DNA from: a bacterium
Lineage (GTDB): Bacteria > Patescibacteriota > 4484-211 > GCA-002791395
Length of the DNA stretch: 31,651 nt
Direction: 5' to 3'
NCBI GenBank assembly: GCA_027002475.1
Contig: JALWZS010000001.1
Coordinates: forward strand, 1-31,651
The position numbers were made by a program, and so were the translations under genes. Each line of letters opens with the position of its first letter. Position 1 is the first letter of the stretch. This document shows, one piece after another, positions 8,534 through 18,179 of the stretch. The notes beneath the pieces were generated by a model. That model was given only the letters and a program-made list of their open reading frames with translations. It did not search any database and was not told the origin of the DNA.

Positions 8534-11391
8534 TATGAAAACCTCTCTTTATAAATCTTATCTTTTGTGGCGCCATTTGCAAGTAGCACTTCTGTTGCGC
8601 TTTCTATCATTGCTGGGTGACCACACAAATACGTGCTTGTATCGCTTGCATCTTTAAAGTTTTCTTTTACTAACTCGGTGACAAATCCAGAATGTCCTTT
8701 CCACTTAGTCGTTGGTTTCCAGATTACATATTCAAAGTTAAAGTTTTTGTATTTTCGTTTTAGTGCTTCGAAGTGTTTTTTCCAGAATATCTCCTTTTCG
8801 TAGCTTAATCCGAAATAGAGCGTAATCGGACGTTTTTCGTTTAGTTTAGTTAGTGCCGTGTCAATCATGCATCGGACTGCACTAATCCCTGAGCCAGTAG
8901 CTAAAAATAGCAAGCGCTTAGAGTTGTCGTTATGATTGAAGGTAAACATTCCAAATGGTCCCATATAGGTCATGATGTCGCCGACCTTTAGTTTGTCAAA
9001 AAACTGTGAGCCTGGTCCTCCGGGGCGGGTATCAACAAGTAAGCCAAAGTGGTATTCGTCGGTATAGGTGGCAATAGAGTAAGCACGGATGTTTTTAGGG
9101 TCGACTTTTACACTGATATATTGACCGGGTTTTAAAAGTAATGGGGTTTGTGTTTTAAATTCTAAATAGTTAAATTGAGTTGCCAAGACTTCGTGTTTTG
9201 TGCATGTGGCGGTTTGTAATTGTGGTGGCTTTGGGGTGGGCTTTGCTCCGTCTCTTAGGATGATTTTTCCATCAACGGCAAATACATCATTTAACGTGAC
9301 AACAACTGGGTTTATCTCGATATCACTAGCGTTTGTGGCTTTTTCGGCAAGCTTGCCAACCTTTACAATCAGGTCATATAGTTTATCAAGTGCATAAGGA
9401 GGATCGCCTCTGTAACCATTTAGTATTTTAGCAATCTTTGACTTTTGCACCAGGGCTTTTGCTTCTTCGTGACCTATCGGAAACAACTGTAGGTTTCTAT
9501 CTTCAATAACTTCCGCATATGTTCCGCCAGCGCCAAACAACATTACATTACCAAATGTTGGGTCTCTTTTAACACCGACTATAACCTCGATCCCTTGCAT
9601 AATTTGTTGTTGAATTTGAATTTTAGTTTTGCTTTGAACCTCTTTATCAAGCTCACCGAGTACATGTGTTAGTTGGTTAAAGGCACTATCGAGCATATTG
9701 GGGTTTTTAATATTTGTTATCACGCCGCCAGCATCTTTTTTATGAAGAAGTCCTGGTGCGGAAAGCTTTAAAACAACAGGCCACCCATTCTCCATTGCAA
9801 ATACTGTTGCCTCATGTACGTCTTTAACGTATTTGGTTTTTGGGGTGTTAAGCCCGCAATGTCTTAATACTTCATCTGCTTCGATATTGCCAAGTGTCTT
9901 GTCTTTACTACTTATTGCTTTGTTTATTACGTCTTGAATTGCTGAAAGGTTTATATTGACTTCTTTTGTCTCATTTTTGGTCTTTTGCGTATGTTTTAGA
10001 GTGTGTTGCTTGAAACGCCACATTCTAGAGATTGCCGCAATTGCTTGTTCTGGAAACCTAAATGATGGGATTTTGTAGGAGTTTAAGATTTCTTCGCCTT
10101 CTTTTATTAGCCGTCCTCCAATAAATGCGCAAAAGATTGGTTTCTTGTACTTATTCCAGAGCCTTCCAATTGTTTTAGCGGTCTTTTCAACTTCTGTCAT
10201 AACTTGTGGTGTAAGGATGACAACTACTGAGTCAACCTCATCACTTGGCAGGATCGCTTCTAGTGCTTGAGAGTAACGTTTGGCTAATGCATCTCCGAGT
10301 ACATCAACAGGGTCTTTTATTGCAGCTTCACGTGGTAAGTTCTTTTTTAGTTCCTCTTGGGTTTCCTTACTCAACTTAGCAAGTTCAAGCCCACTGCTTT
10401 CAACTGCATCGGCGCTTATAACAGCAGGACCACCCGCGTTAGAAACTATAGCAACTCTAGGACCTTTGGGCAGTTCGCTCCATGCAAATGCGCGTGAAAG
10501 TAAGAAGAATTCTTCGAGTGTTTCGCAGTGGACAACTCCTGCTTGTTTCATCGCAGCCTTTAAAACATCATTGCTTCCTGCAATTGCACCAGTGTGTGAT
10601 TGCATTGCGTGTACCGCCGCTTTAGTTTTTCCAGGTTTTAGAAGGAGTATCGGATTTTTTTTAGAGATCTCTGTAGTTAAGCGTAAGAATTCTTTCCCGT
10701 TTGAAATTGACTCTAGATAGAGACCGATAGGAGAGAGCGAAGATAATCCATCTTGGTGAACTTCTTTAGGCAATTCGTTTTCTAGAAAGTATTTTAAAAA
10801 GTCGTTTTCTGTTAGGTCTGCTTTATTTCCAAGCGTTATAAACTCGCTATAGCCTAAATCTACACTGTCGAACCAGTCAAAGAGACTCGATGCGATTGCT
10901 CCTGATTGAGTTATATAACGCAAGTTTCCAGGAGTTGGAACGGATTGGGCAAATGTTGCATTGACCGGTAGGATGTTATTGACGAATCCTAAGCAGTTAG
11001 GTCCTAATATGTTCATGGAGTACTTTTGAGCAGTGTTTGTAACTTTTTTCTCAAGTACTTTCCCTTGGGAGCCTGCTTCTTTAAAACCTGCTGAAATTAT
11101 GATTACATTTTTTACATTACGTTCTCCTAATTCGTTTAGTACGTTGGGTACTATGTCGGCTGGCACAACAACTATTGCAAGGTCTGGTGGCTCTGGTAGG
11201 TCTAGAATGCTGTTACAAACCTCAAGTCCTTGAATATGCTTTGCATGCGGATTAACAGGATACACTTTACCTTCGTATTTAGAGTTAATAATGTTTCGAA
11301 GAATTATAGAACCAGTTTTTTTCTCAGAGCGGGAAGCTCCAATTACTGCTATAGATTTTGGGGCAACGAAGCTACTTAAATTGCAATCCAC
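8533..11391 (-). CDS. ADP-forming acetyl-CoA synthetase (fused alpha-beta, ACD) with a C-terminal ferredoxin-NADP reductase-like FAD/NAD(P)-binding domain
   Basis: The N-terminus KSIAVIGAS...VNP is a CoA-binding domain and an ATP-grasp beta domain follows, together about 700 aa. After a Pro-rich linker PTPKPPQLQ come RAYSIA, GGPGSQF, ATGSGIS, YLCGHP and a terminal ERF, which are hallmarks of the FNR family. Confidence 0.75.
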   Translation of the reverse strand: MDCNLSSFVAPKSIAVIGASRSEKKTGSIILRNIINSKYEGKVYPVNPHAKHIQGLEVCNSILDLPEPPDLAIVVVPADIVPNVLNELGERNVKNVIIISAGFKEAGSQGKVLEKKVTNTAQKYSMNILGPNCLGFVNNILPVNATFAQSVPTPGNLRYITQSGAIASSLFDWFDSVDLGYSEFITLGNKADLTENDFLKYFLENELPKEVHQDGLSSLSPIGLYLESISNGKEFLRLTTEISKKNPILLLKPGKTKAAVHAMQSHTGAIAGSNDVLKAAMKQAGVVHCETLEEFFLLSRAFAWSELPKGPRVAIVSNAGGPAVISADAVESSGLELAKLSKETQEELKKNLPREAAIKDPVDVLGDALAKRYSQALEAILPSDEVDSVVVILTPQVMTEVEKTAKTIGRLWNKYKKPIFCAFIGGRLIKEGEEILNSYKIPSFRFPEQAIAAISRMWRFKQHTLKHTQKTKNETKEVNINLSAIQDVINKAISSKDKTLGNIEADEVLRHCGLNTPKTKYVKDVHEATVFAMENGWPVVLKLSAPGLLHKKDAGGVITNIKNPNMLDSAFNQLTHVLGELDKEVQSKTKIQIQQQIMQGIEVIVGVKRDPTFGNVMLFGAGGTYAEVIEDRNLQLFPIGHEEAKALVQKSKIAKILNGYRGDPPYALDKLYDLIVKVGKLAEKATNASDIEINPVVVTLNDVFAVDGKIILRDGAKPTPKPPQLQTATCTKHEVLATQFNYLEFKTQTPLLLKPGQYISVKVDPKNIRAYSIATYTDEYHFGLLVDTRPGGPGSQFFDKLKVGDIMTYMGPFGMFTFNHNDNSKRLLFLATGSGISAVRCMIDTALTKLNEKRPITLYFGLSYEKEIFWKKHFEALKRKYKNFNFEYVIWKPTTKWKGHSGFVTELVKENFKDASDTSTYLCGHPAMIESATEVLLANGATKDKIYKERFS

Positions 11392-11452
11392 TTAACTAGT
11401 GTATGTAAATTTGTCTCTAGTGTCAAAACTGTACGAGGGGTATACTTAAAGT

Positions 11453-11620
11453 ATGGATGAACAAGAGATAGAAAAAATAAAGACGCCGCAAAAACCAAAA
11501 TTAGATAAGCTTTTTTCTAAAAGAATGCTGATTTCTTACTTTATTGGTCTTAGTTTAGTTGCGTTACTCATTGCAGCTTACTATTACTTCATGATTCGTT
11601 ACATCAATGGTCTTGTCTAG
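11453..11620 (+). CDS. Small (55 aa) single-TM hypothetical protein
   Basis: ATG is preceded by GAGGGG. One hydrophobic helix. The stop lies 3 nt before the peptidase ATG. It is below the length cut-off of the supplied ORF track. Confidence 0.35.
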   Translation: MDEQEIEKIKTPQKPKLDKLFSKRMLISYFIGLSLVALLIAAYYYFMIRYINGLV

Positions 11621-11623
11621 GTC

Positions 11624-12283
11624 ATGAAACTATTACTAACTTCTGCAGGTCTAACTAACGATTCTATAACTGGGGCATTTAAAGAGCTCCTTAAAGCACC
11701 GGTTAATCAAAAAAAGCTGCTTTATGTGTTAACTGCTGCAATGATTGAAGACGGTAGTAAAGATTGGGCAATGGATGAGATGAACTCGTTTTATCGTTTG
11801 GGTTTTAAGGAGTTTGACTTTATAGATGTGGTAGCTCTGCCAAAAGAAGTAGTTTTAAAACGTTTTGAAAATGCAGATGTAATGGTCTTTGGCGGAGGGG
11901 TAACGTTTCATTTGCTTCATAGTTTACTGACTTTGGGTTTGGTAGAGTCTCTAAAACAGTTGTTAAAGACAAGAGTTTATGTTGGTGTCAGTGCAGGCTC
12001 AATTATTGCATCTAAAAACATTGACTTAACACATTCAAAGATTTTTTATGATGAGGTTGTTGGAAATGTTAAATATAAGCATGGACTAGGTTTTGTGGAT
12101 TTTCAAATTGTGCCACATATGAATTCACGGTTTTTCCCTAAGGCTTCTGAGGAAAATATGATAAAGGAATTGTCTGGCGCAAAAGATACTATTTATGCTC
12201 TAGATGATAGTAGTGCAATTATGGTTAATGACGCTAAGATTGGCATTGTTAGCGAGGGGCAGTGGCGCAGATTTCCTAAGTAG
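11624..12283 (+). CDS. Peptidase S51 family (dipeptidase E-like)
   Basis: VFGGGVTFHLL and VGVSAGS are Ser-His catalytic motifs of the S51 family. Confidence 0.7.
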   Translation: MKLLLTSAGLTNDSITGAFKELLKAPVNQKKLLYVLTAAMIEDGSKDWAMDEMNSFYRLGFKEFDFIDVVALPKEVVLKRFENADVMVFGGGVTFHLLHSLLTLGLVESLKQLLKTRVYVGVSAGSIIASKNIDLTHSKIFYDEVVGNVKYKHGLGFVDFQIVPHMNSRFFPKASEENMIKELSGAKDTIYALDDSSAIMVNDAKIGIVSEGQWRRFPK

Positions 12284-12288
12284 GCGAC

Positions 12289-12807
12289 TTATTTAGGTAT
12301 CCACTCGCCGTTTGTTGCTTGATCTGCTATGGCTTCACAGCTTTCTAGGCCATCTAGGTTGTTGTCAAAAACGTTAGCCCCGTCGCATATGTAGCCGAAA
12401 CTACCTGTTGTCGTTTGGTAGCAGTAATGAACATGCGTTGAACTGCTAGGACAGTCGTATATATTAGGTGCTCCGGCTAGGGTTGTTGCAATCCATGCGT
12501 TTTCTTTATCTGCTGTTCGAGAGTAGTATGCACACCCATCTGGAACGAATTTGAGATCTTTCATTGGGACTATATCGTTTATGTCTGCAGGATATTCCAA
12601 AAAATTTCGTACGTGCCATGTTTCAATTGCATTGGCGCATTGACCGATGTCGTTAATATCCCCGATGTCACGTGCCCGATTCATCATTTGAGTTGGATTA
12701 ACAGCGGTCATTACAATACTTGCTACAATGGCGATTACTGCGATAACAACAAGAAGCTCAATTAAAGTAAATCCTGACTGTGGGGAATAATAAGAATTTG
12801 TGTTCAC
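12289..12807 (-). CDS. Type IV pilin / pseudopilin (prepilin-type N-terminal methylation domain)
   Basis: Leader MNTNSYYSPQSG followed by FTLIELLVVIAVIAI. The C-terminal domain carries several Cys pairs. Confidence 0.85.
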   Translation of the reverse strand: MNTNSYYSPQSGFTLIELLVVIAVIAIVASIVMTAVNPTQMMNRARDIGDINDIGQCANAIETWHVRNFLEYPADINDIVPMKDLKFVPDGCAYYSRTADKENAWIATTLAGAPNIYDCPSSSTHVHYCYQTTTGSFGYICDGANVFDNNLDGLESCEAIADQATNGEWIPK

Positions 12808-12873
12808 ACTTAATAGTATACTGCTAGAACCTAAAACATTGTCAATAGCTAAATTTATGGTTATATTTAATAT

Positions 12874-13134
12874 ATGGATCTTGGGCTTAAAATTTTGATG
12901 TTTTTTGTTTTCGTATCATTGGGTTTAATTTCATTTATCATGACAGATCTTATTAGCAAGTTGTGGGGGAATACGTTGATTGCACACGAAGGTACCTTAA
13001 GGAAGGTACCATTTTTCGGAATGTTTACAAGGAGTTTTATATTTTGGTTCGAAAAAGGTTCTGGGGATATGTTAGTGAGATTTATGGGGGCGGTGTGTAT
13101 CTTCTTAGGGCTATTGGTGTTTGTTATTTTTTAG
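12874..13134 (+). CDS. Small hypothetical membrane protein
   Basis: 86 aa with two hydrophobic segments and an ATG start. No recognisable family. Confidence 0.35.
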   Translation: MDLGLKILMFFVFVSLGLISFIMTDLISKLWGNTLIAHEGTLRKVPFFGMFTRSFIFWFEKGSGDMLVRFMGAVCIFLGLLVFVIF

Positions 13135-13135
13135 C

Positions 13136-13543
13136 TTAGGACTCAAACTCTGAGTAAGAAGAGCTTTCAAATGTACCAGTTGCGAAATAATTTTTTACTT
13201 TTTGTACAAGTTGGGTTGGGAGTACATTTATTTTAAGAATATATCCTTGGGCGCCAATTCTAAATGCCTCTTCAACAACACTTTCTTGTCCTAAATTGGT
13301 CAGCATTATTGTGGGAGTATCCTTAGTTGTGGGGTTACTTTTTATGGCGCGAAGAATGTCTATGCCGTTTGTGCCAGGAAGCATAATATCAAGTAAGATT
13401 AGGTCATATTTTTGGGTTGTGGCTAATTCTAGGCCGTTGTTCCCTTCAACTGCTTGCGTTATTAAATAACCCGCTTTGGAAAGCTCCCGCGAGTATGTTT
13501 CTAGTATAAATGGTTCATCTTCGACTATAAGAATCTTTTTCAT
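13136..13543 (-). CDS. Stand-alone response regulator receiver (CheY-like)
   Basis: KILIVEDE...DLILLDIMLPG receiver motifs. 135 aa with no output domain. Confidence 0.85.
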   Translation of the reverse strand: MKKILIVEDEPFILETYSRELSKAGYLITQAVEGNNGLELATTQKYDLILLDIMLPGTNGIDILRAIKSNPTTKDTPTIMLTNLGQESVVEEAFRIGAQGYILKINVLPTQLVQKVKNYFATGTFESSSYSEFES

Positions 13544-13554
13544 AGCTATATAGT

Positions 13555-14853
13555 TTAACTCTTTTTGTCATCTCCCTCGCGGTATGTGGGTAGGGCGAAC
13601 GAGAATACAGTTCCTTTGCCTTCAACACTCTCAACCCATATCCTACCACCCTGCATCTCTATGAGTTTCTTAGCAATGTATAAACCTAGCCCTGTCCCTT
13701 TAGATCCTTGCTCTAGCAACGAACTAACCCTGTAAAACTTTTCAAACATGTGTGGTAATGCCTCGACAGGAATTCCTTGCCCGGTATCTTTAACTGATAT
13801 CGTTACTTGGTGACCACCGGGTTGGTAGTGCAGTGAAACAGTGACAGAGCCTTTAGCTGTGTAGCTAATAGCGTTAGAAACAAGGTTGTCTATTATTTGC
13901 CTAATGTATTTTGGATCTCCTTTAACTCGTGGAACGTCACCAGGAGGTCTAATGTATGCAAACTTTAGATTTTTTTCTTTAGCGTCTGGTCTAAAGCTAG
14001 TCATAGTTTTTTCGATAATGTCATTGATATCAACTGGCATGAGGTTTAGTTTCACTTTATGGCGTTCTATCTGAGAGACAGAAAGCAGGTTACTCATCAA
14101 ATTTACTAATCTGTCTGAAGCAAGCAAGGCGTGTTCTAAGAACTTTCTGTGTACTGGTTGCAAATAATATTCGGTCTCGTTAATAAGAAGCTCTAAGTAT
14201 CCGCGAATTGAAGTCATTGGAGTTCGTAGCTCGTGGGCGGCCATTGCTACAAAGTCTAGTTTCATTTTTTCTAGGGCTTGTTCTTCTGTGATGTCTTGCA
14301 TCAAAACAACAACTCTTTTTTTGTGAGTGTTTGGATCTTCGTAGGGGCTAACACTCACGTTAAGATAAACGGTTTCATCTTTAAAATAAAGCTGTAGGTT
14401 TTTTAGTTGTTGCTGTTGCCCGCTTTGTAGGGCTTTGTTTATTGGGTCTTTATCTGCGCCTATGTAGATGGAGTCCCCTGTGTCTGAAAAGAGGGGTAGT
14501 ACTTCTGTGTAAGACTTTCCTTGAACGCTATCGATATCCTTGCGTAGTATTTTAAGGGCCGATTGGTTGGCATATTCAAATGAGCCGTTTTCATTAAATA
14601 CAAGGACCGCCTCTGCAATACTGTCAAATATATTCATTCCCTCATTTATGCCACTAGTCTCGCCTTTTTTACTAAATAGGAATAAGTAGGCAAGGTTAAG
14701 CGTTGCTGTGATTATTAAAGTAAGTAGCATGAGAAGACTACTTGTTTGCACGCTAAATGGCAGGGCTTTTGTGTAAAGTAGTACGGCAAATAAAACGCTA
14801 ATTATTGAAACAGAAAGAATAAGAAGTTTGGCAGTATTAGTGGATTTATCCAT
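13555..14853 (-). CDS. Sensor histidine kinase (2 TM, PAS, HisKA, HATPase)
   Basis: H-box HELRTPMTSIRGY and G-boxes GTGLGL. It lies directly upstream of the receiver on the same strand. Confidence 0.85.
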   Translation of the reverse strand: MDKSTNTAKLLILSVSIISVLFAVLLYTKALPFSVQTSSLLMLLTLIITATLNLAYLFLFSKKGETSGINEGMNIFDSIAEAVLVFNENGSFEYANQSALKILRKDIDSVQGKSYTEVLPLFSDTGDSIYIGADKDPINKALQSGQQQQLKNLQLYFKDETVYLNVSVSPYEDPNTHKKRVVVLMQDITEEQALEKMKLDFVAMAAHELRTPMTSIRGYLELLINETEYYLQPVHRKFLEHALLASDRLVNLMSNLLSVSQIERHKVKLNLMPVDINDIIEKTMTSFRPDAKEKNLKFAYIRPPGDVPRVKGDPKYIRQIIDNLVSNAISYTAKGSVTVSLHYQPGGHQVTISVKDTGQGIPVEALPHMFEKFYRVSSLLEQGSKGTGLGLYIAKKLIEMQGGRIWVESVEGKGTVFSFALPTYREGDDKKS

Positions 14854-14958
14854 GTCCAGATTTAATTATGGCACAGCAATCTAGCAATGCCAAGTATTTT
14901 TTATTTAACGCTTGAACCTGACCATAAATGACGTTAAACTGGTATTAGAAACTTTAAA

Positions 14959-16236
14959 ATGTCGTTTAATAAACTGCTCGATTTGTATAAAAGGTTAACT
15001 GTTAATGGATTGTATGACGATGTGGGAGAGGACGACCTACGTCGTATTCGAACGATTAACTCTGTGAGCATAATTCTTTTAGCCGCTTTGGTTTTGTTCA
15101 TGGTTATCGATGGATTATTCTTCAGGCGTGTGTATGTAGTAATGGTAGAGGCTATGGCTTTTGTTACAGGGGCTTACTATTTGTACATACAACGCAAGAT
15201 CCGCGACATTAACTTAATATCTCACTTTGCAACGGCAATCATTACGTTTTCGATGTTTGGCATCAGTCTTTTAAGTGGCGTGGGTACCTCGACTGCGTTT
15301 TGGTTTTTCTTTATCCCCCCGTTTGCGTTTTATGTCAACGGAGCAAGGGGCGGGCTTATTTGGTCTTTTGTAAACTTTGCTTGGTTGCTGTTACATATGA
15401 TATTAGGGGTTTTTCACATCTACGGTATTCCGGTCGGATGGGATTTTGCTGTAAACCTACTACTGGCATTTTTGGTTGTTGTCATATTGGCGTATTTATT
15501 TGAGCGTTCGCGTGCTGCTGCTGTCAACAATTTAGCCAGCGCGAATGACGAGATGCGGCGGTTAATTTATGTAGTGTCGCATGATCTAAGGACACCGCTT
15601 ACTGCGCTTCGTGGGTATTCGGAATTTTTGCGAGAAGATATAGATGCAAACAACACAGAAGACATACGAACGGATATCGACAGGATTGACCTAATGGCAA
15701 AGAATTTGGGCTCTATGATCGATGATTTGCTTAATTTAAGCCGGATCGGCCGTCAGGTTAGTGAAGATGAAATGGTGAATACAAGAGAAGTCATAGATTT
15801 AGTCGTAGCTGGTAATGAGCCTCAGCTTTTAGAAAAGAAAATAAAGGTAGATATCGTTGAGCCTCTGCCTCGTTTGTATATGAATAGGCGAAAATTTGAA
15901 GAGATCCTAAGAAACCTTATGTCTAATGCAATAAAGTATATTGGAGACGCTAAGGAGCCTTTAATAAGAATTGGTGCGTATGATAGGGATGATGAGTACC
16001 ATTTTTATGTGAAAGATAACGGAATAGGAATTGATAAAAAAGACTTTGATGAGATATTTAAACTCTTTGTTAGAAAAACAGACATGGGTGAAGGCTCAGG
16101 CATTGGACTATCTATTGTAAAAGGATTTGTTGAAGATATGGGAGGGCGTGTTTGGGTTGAGTCTGAATTAGGAAAGGGCAGTACGTTTTGGTTTTCTGTT
16201 CCCAAAAAAGAACCGCCAAAAGAAGGTGAGCAATAA
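14959..16236 (+). CDS. Sensor histidine kinase with a polytopic membrane N-terminal domain
   Basis: About 6 TM helices, followed by VSHDLRTPLTALRGY, a DNGIGID N-box and GSGIGLSIV. Confidence 0.85.
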   Translation: MSFNKLLDLYKRLTVNGLYDDVGEDDLRRIRTINSVSIILLAALVLFMVIDGLFFRRVYVVMVEAMAFVTGAYYLYIQRKIRDINLISHFATAIITFSMFGISLLSGVGTSTAFWFFFIPPFAFYVNGARGGLIWSFVNFAWLLLHMILGVFHIYGIPVGWDFAVNLLLAFLVVVILAYLFERSRAAAVNNLASANDEMRRLIYVVSHDLRTPLTALRGYSEFLREDIDANNTEDIRTDIDRIDLMAKNLGSMIDDLLNLSRIGRQVSEDEMVNTREVIDLVVAGNEPQLLEKKIKVDIVEPLPRLYMNRRKFEEILRNLMSNAIKYIGDAKEPLIRIGAYDRDDEYHFYVKDNGIGIDKKDFDEIFKLFVRKTDMGEGSGIGLSIVKGFVEDMGGRVWVESELGKGSTFWFSVPKKEPPKEGEQ

Positions 16237-16295
16237 CTTCTAACTTAATTCCGTAAAGCTTTTGCGGTAGTACCGTAGTGGTATCATTCATAAAG

Positions 16296-17189
16296 ATGAA
16301 AAACACGGCAGACGCTAACGTGGTAGAAAATGGCATTGTTGAGGGTATTTCGTTGTTTAAGGCTAATGTAAATGGCATAGATGTTAATTTTGCGAAAGTC
16401 GGACAAGGTCCTGCTATTATTTTAGTTCACGGATTAACAAATAATTGGTTTGGGTGGGGCAGAGTGATAGAGTTTTTAAAGGACGACTTTACTCTTTATA
16501 TTCCAGACTTACTTGGCTACGGACATTCCGGGGATTTTAACGGCGATTACTCGTTGCAGCAACAAGCGCAATTTATCTCAGACTTTATTGATACTCTTGA
16601 AATTAAGCCGGTGGCTGTAATGGGGGTTTCTATGGGCAGTTTGGTTACGGCGGAGGTGGGTAAGTTGATTGGCGATAGATTGAAGTCTGTAATCTTGGTT
16701 AGTCCGCTTCTGCATCCAGCGCGTCATAGTTATTTAAAGGTCTTTTTTTGGCGGCAGCTTAATAAATTAATGTTAAAAAGAGACTTTTTAATGAGAGCTT
16801 ATAAGAGGTTCATAGCAACCCGATTTATGTCTCATTCATTATCTTTTTTCCTTAATATGTGTAGGTATGATTTTAAACTTGTTGAGAAATATGGGTTTGT
16901 TGGAAAACGGCTAATGCGCACTAAAACGTATTTACAGATGAGTCTGTCAGTTAGTTTGTATGACCTTCGTGAGTTCTTGCAGATTTATACTGATAATATC
17001 CTTTTGATTTATGGGAAATGTGATCGTGTAGCTAGACCGCGTCATGCTTACGATATTGTTGCCTCTAAGGCAGATACAATGAATATTGTAGAAATTGACA
17101 GCGCTGGACATTGGGTACAAGTAGAAAAACCTGAAGAGCTATCAAATGCGGTAAAAAAGTATTTAACGGCAATACTTAGTAATGATTAA
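16296..17189 (+). CDS. Alpha/beta-fold hydrolase
   Basis: ILVHGLTNNWFGW and a GVSMGS nucleophile elbow. An alternative GTG start lies at 16278. Confidence 0.7.
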   Translation: MKNTADANVVENGIVEGISLFKANVNGIDVNFAKVGQGPAIILVHGLTNNWFGWGRVIEFLKDDFTLYIPDLLGYGHSGDFNGDYSLQQQAQFISDFIDTLEIKPVAVMGVSMGSLVTAEVGKLIGDRLKSVILVSPLLHPARHSYLKVFFWRQLNKLMLKRDFLMRAYKRFIATRFMSHSLSFFLNMCRYDFKLVEKYGFVGKRLMRTKTYLQMSLSVSLYDLREFLQIYTDNILLIYGKCDRVARPRHAYDIVASKADTMNIVEIDSAGHWVQVEKPEELSNAVKKYLTAILSND

Positions 17190-18075
17190 GAGTAACTGGG
17201 TAAAGATTGTAGCGATTACTACTCTTATTGCGATTGTTCTTGTTGCCATAGTTTCTTTTTATGGATGGTATAAACTGCATGAGCTTTTGCATGTACACAT
17301 TGCTCCAGGAGACAAAACACCAAGCGATTACGGGCTAACTTACGAAGGTTACAGTTTTAAGTCTCTTGATGACATAGATCTTGCAGCTTGGTATGTTCCA
17401 GTAGAAAATCCTAAAGCAGTTATTATTATTGCACATGGCTATAACGATTCTGGGAAAGTTGAGTTTTTACCGTACGCGAGATTCTTACACGATAATGGCT
17501 ATGCTTCTTTTCTTTTAGACCTTCGGGCATTTGGTTATAGCAGTGGCAACCAAGTTAGTATTGGAACTAAAGAGTGGCAAGATGTGGTGGCTGCGTATGA
17601 CTTTGTGCGAGATAACTTAGTTGACTCCAATGTGTCTGTGGGGTTTTTAGGTAAATCGCTAGGTGCTGCAACGGTTGTTATAGCTAATGGATACACGGGT
17701 AAAGGGGACTTTGTGATTGCTGAGGTCCCTTATGCACATTTTGTGGGATTGTTTGAACCACAAATGAAGGAGCGAGGATACTCAGCTGTTCTTATGCCGT
17801 TTTTAAAGATTGCAATGTATTTTGAACTAGGCTTTGGTTACACAAAGTTTGAGCCAATCAAAATGGCAAAGAATATAACGGTGCCGCTTTTGGCAATTAG
17901 TGCGCAGTACGATGAGTCTGTATATCCAACAGATGCAAAGGAAATATACGAGACTGCTAAAGGAGAGAAAGTGTATTGGTTTGCACCATCTGGACATAAC
18001 GTTTACATAGATCTATCAGAAGAGTATAAAAACAAAGTAACAGATTTCCTTGATACGTACGTTGCAAAAGATTGA
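17182..18075 (+). CDS. Alpha/beta-fold hydrolase with an N-terminal TM anchor
   Basis: IIIAHGYNDSG and GKSLGAA. The 8-nt ATGATTAA overlap with the preceding gene places the two in one operon. Confidence 0.7.
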   Translation: MIKSNWVKIVAITTLIAIVLVAIVSFYGWYKLHELLHVHIAPGDKTPSDYGLTYEGYSFKSLDDIDLAAWYVPVENPKAVIIIAHGYNDSGKVEFLPYARFLHDNGYASFLLDLRAFGYSSGNQVSIGTKEWQDVVAAYDFVRDNLVDSNVSVGFLGKSLGAATVVIANGYTGKGDFVIAEVPYAHFVGLFEPQMKERGYSAVLMPFLKIAMYFELGFGYTKFEPIKMAKNITVPLLAISAQYDESVYPTDAKEIYETAKGEKVYWFAPSGHNVYIDLSEEYKNKVTDFLDTYVAKD

Positions 18076-18179
18076 TCCATTTTAAAGCTTTGCGCCAACA
18101 CGTTTGGGGCTATAGGGTATAATTGATCCAACTTAGAACCTTTTCATTTTTTCTGCTTCTCTCACTAAGGAGGTGAGAA

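Noticed and set aside
18159-18179. Hairpin TCTCAC-taaggag-GTGAGA around the SD of the high-GC hydrolase as a translational control element
   Set aside because: The SD lies in the loop rather than being sequestered in the stem, and the 6-bp stem is short. This is probably incidental.
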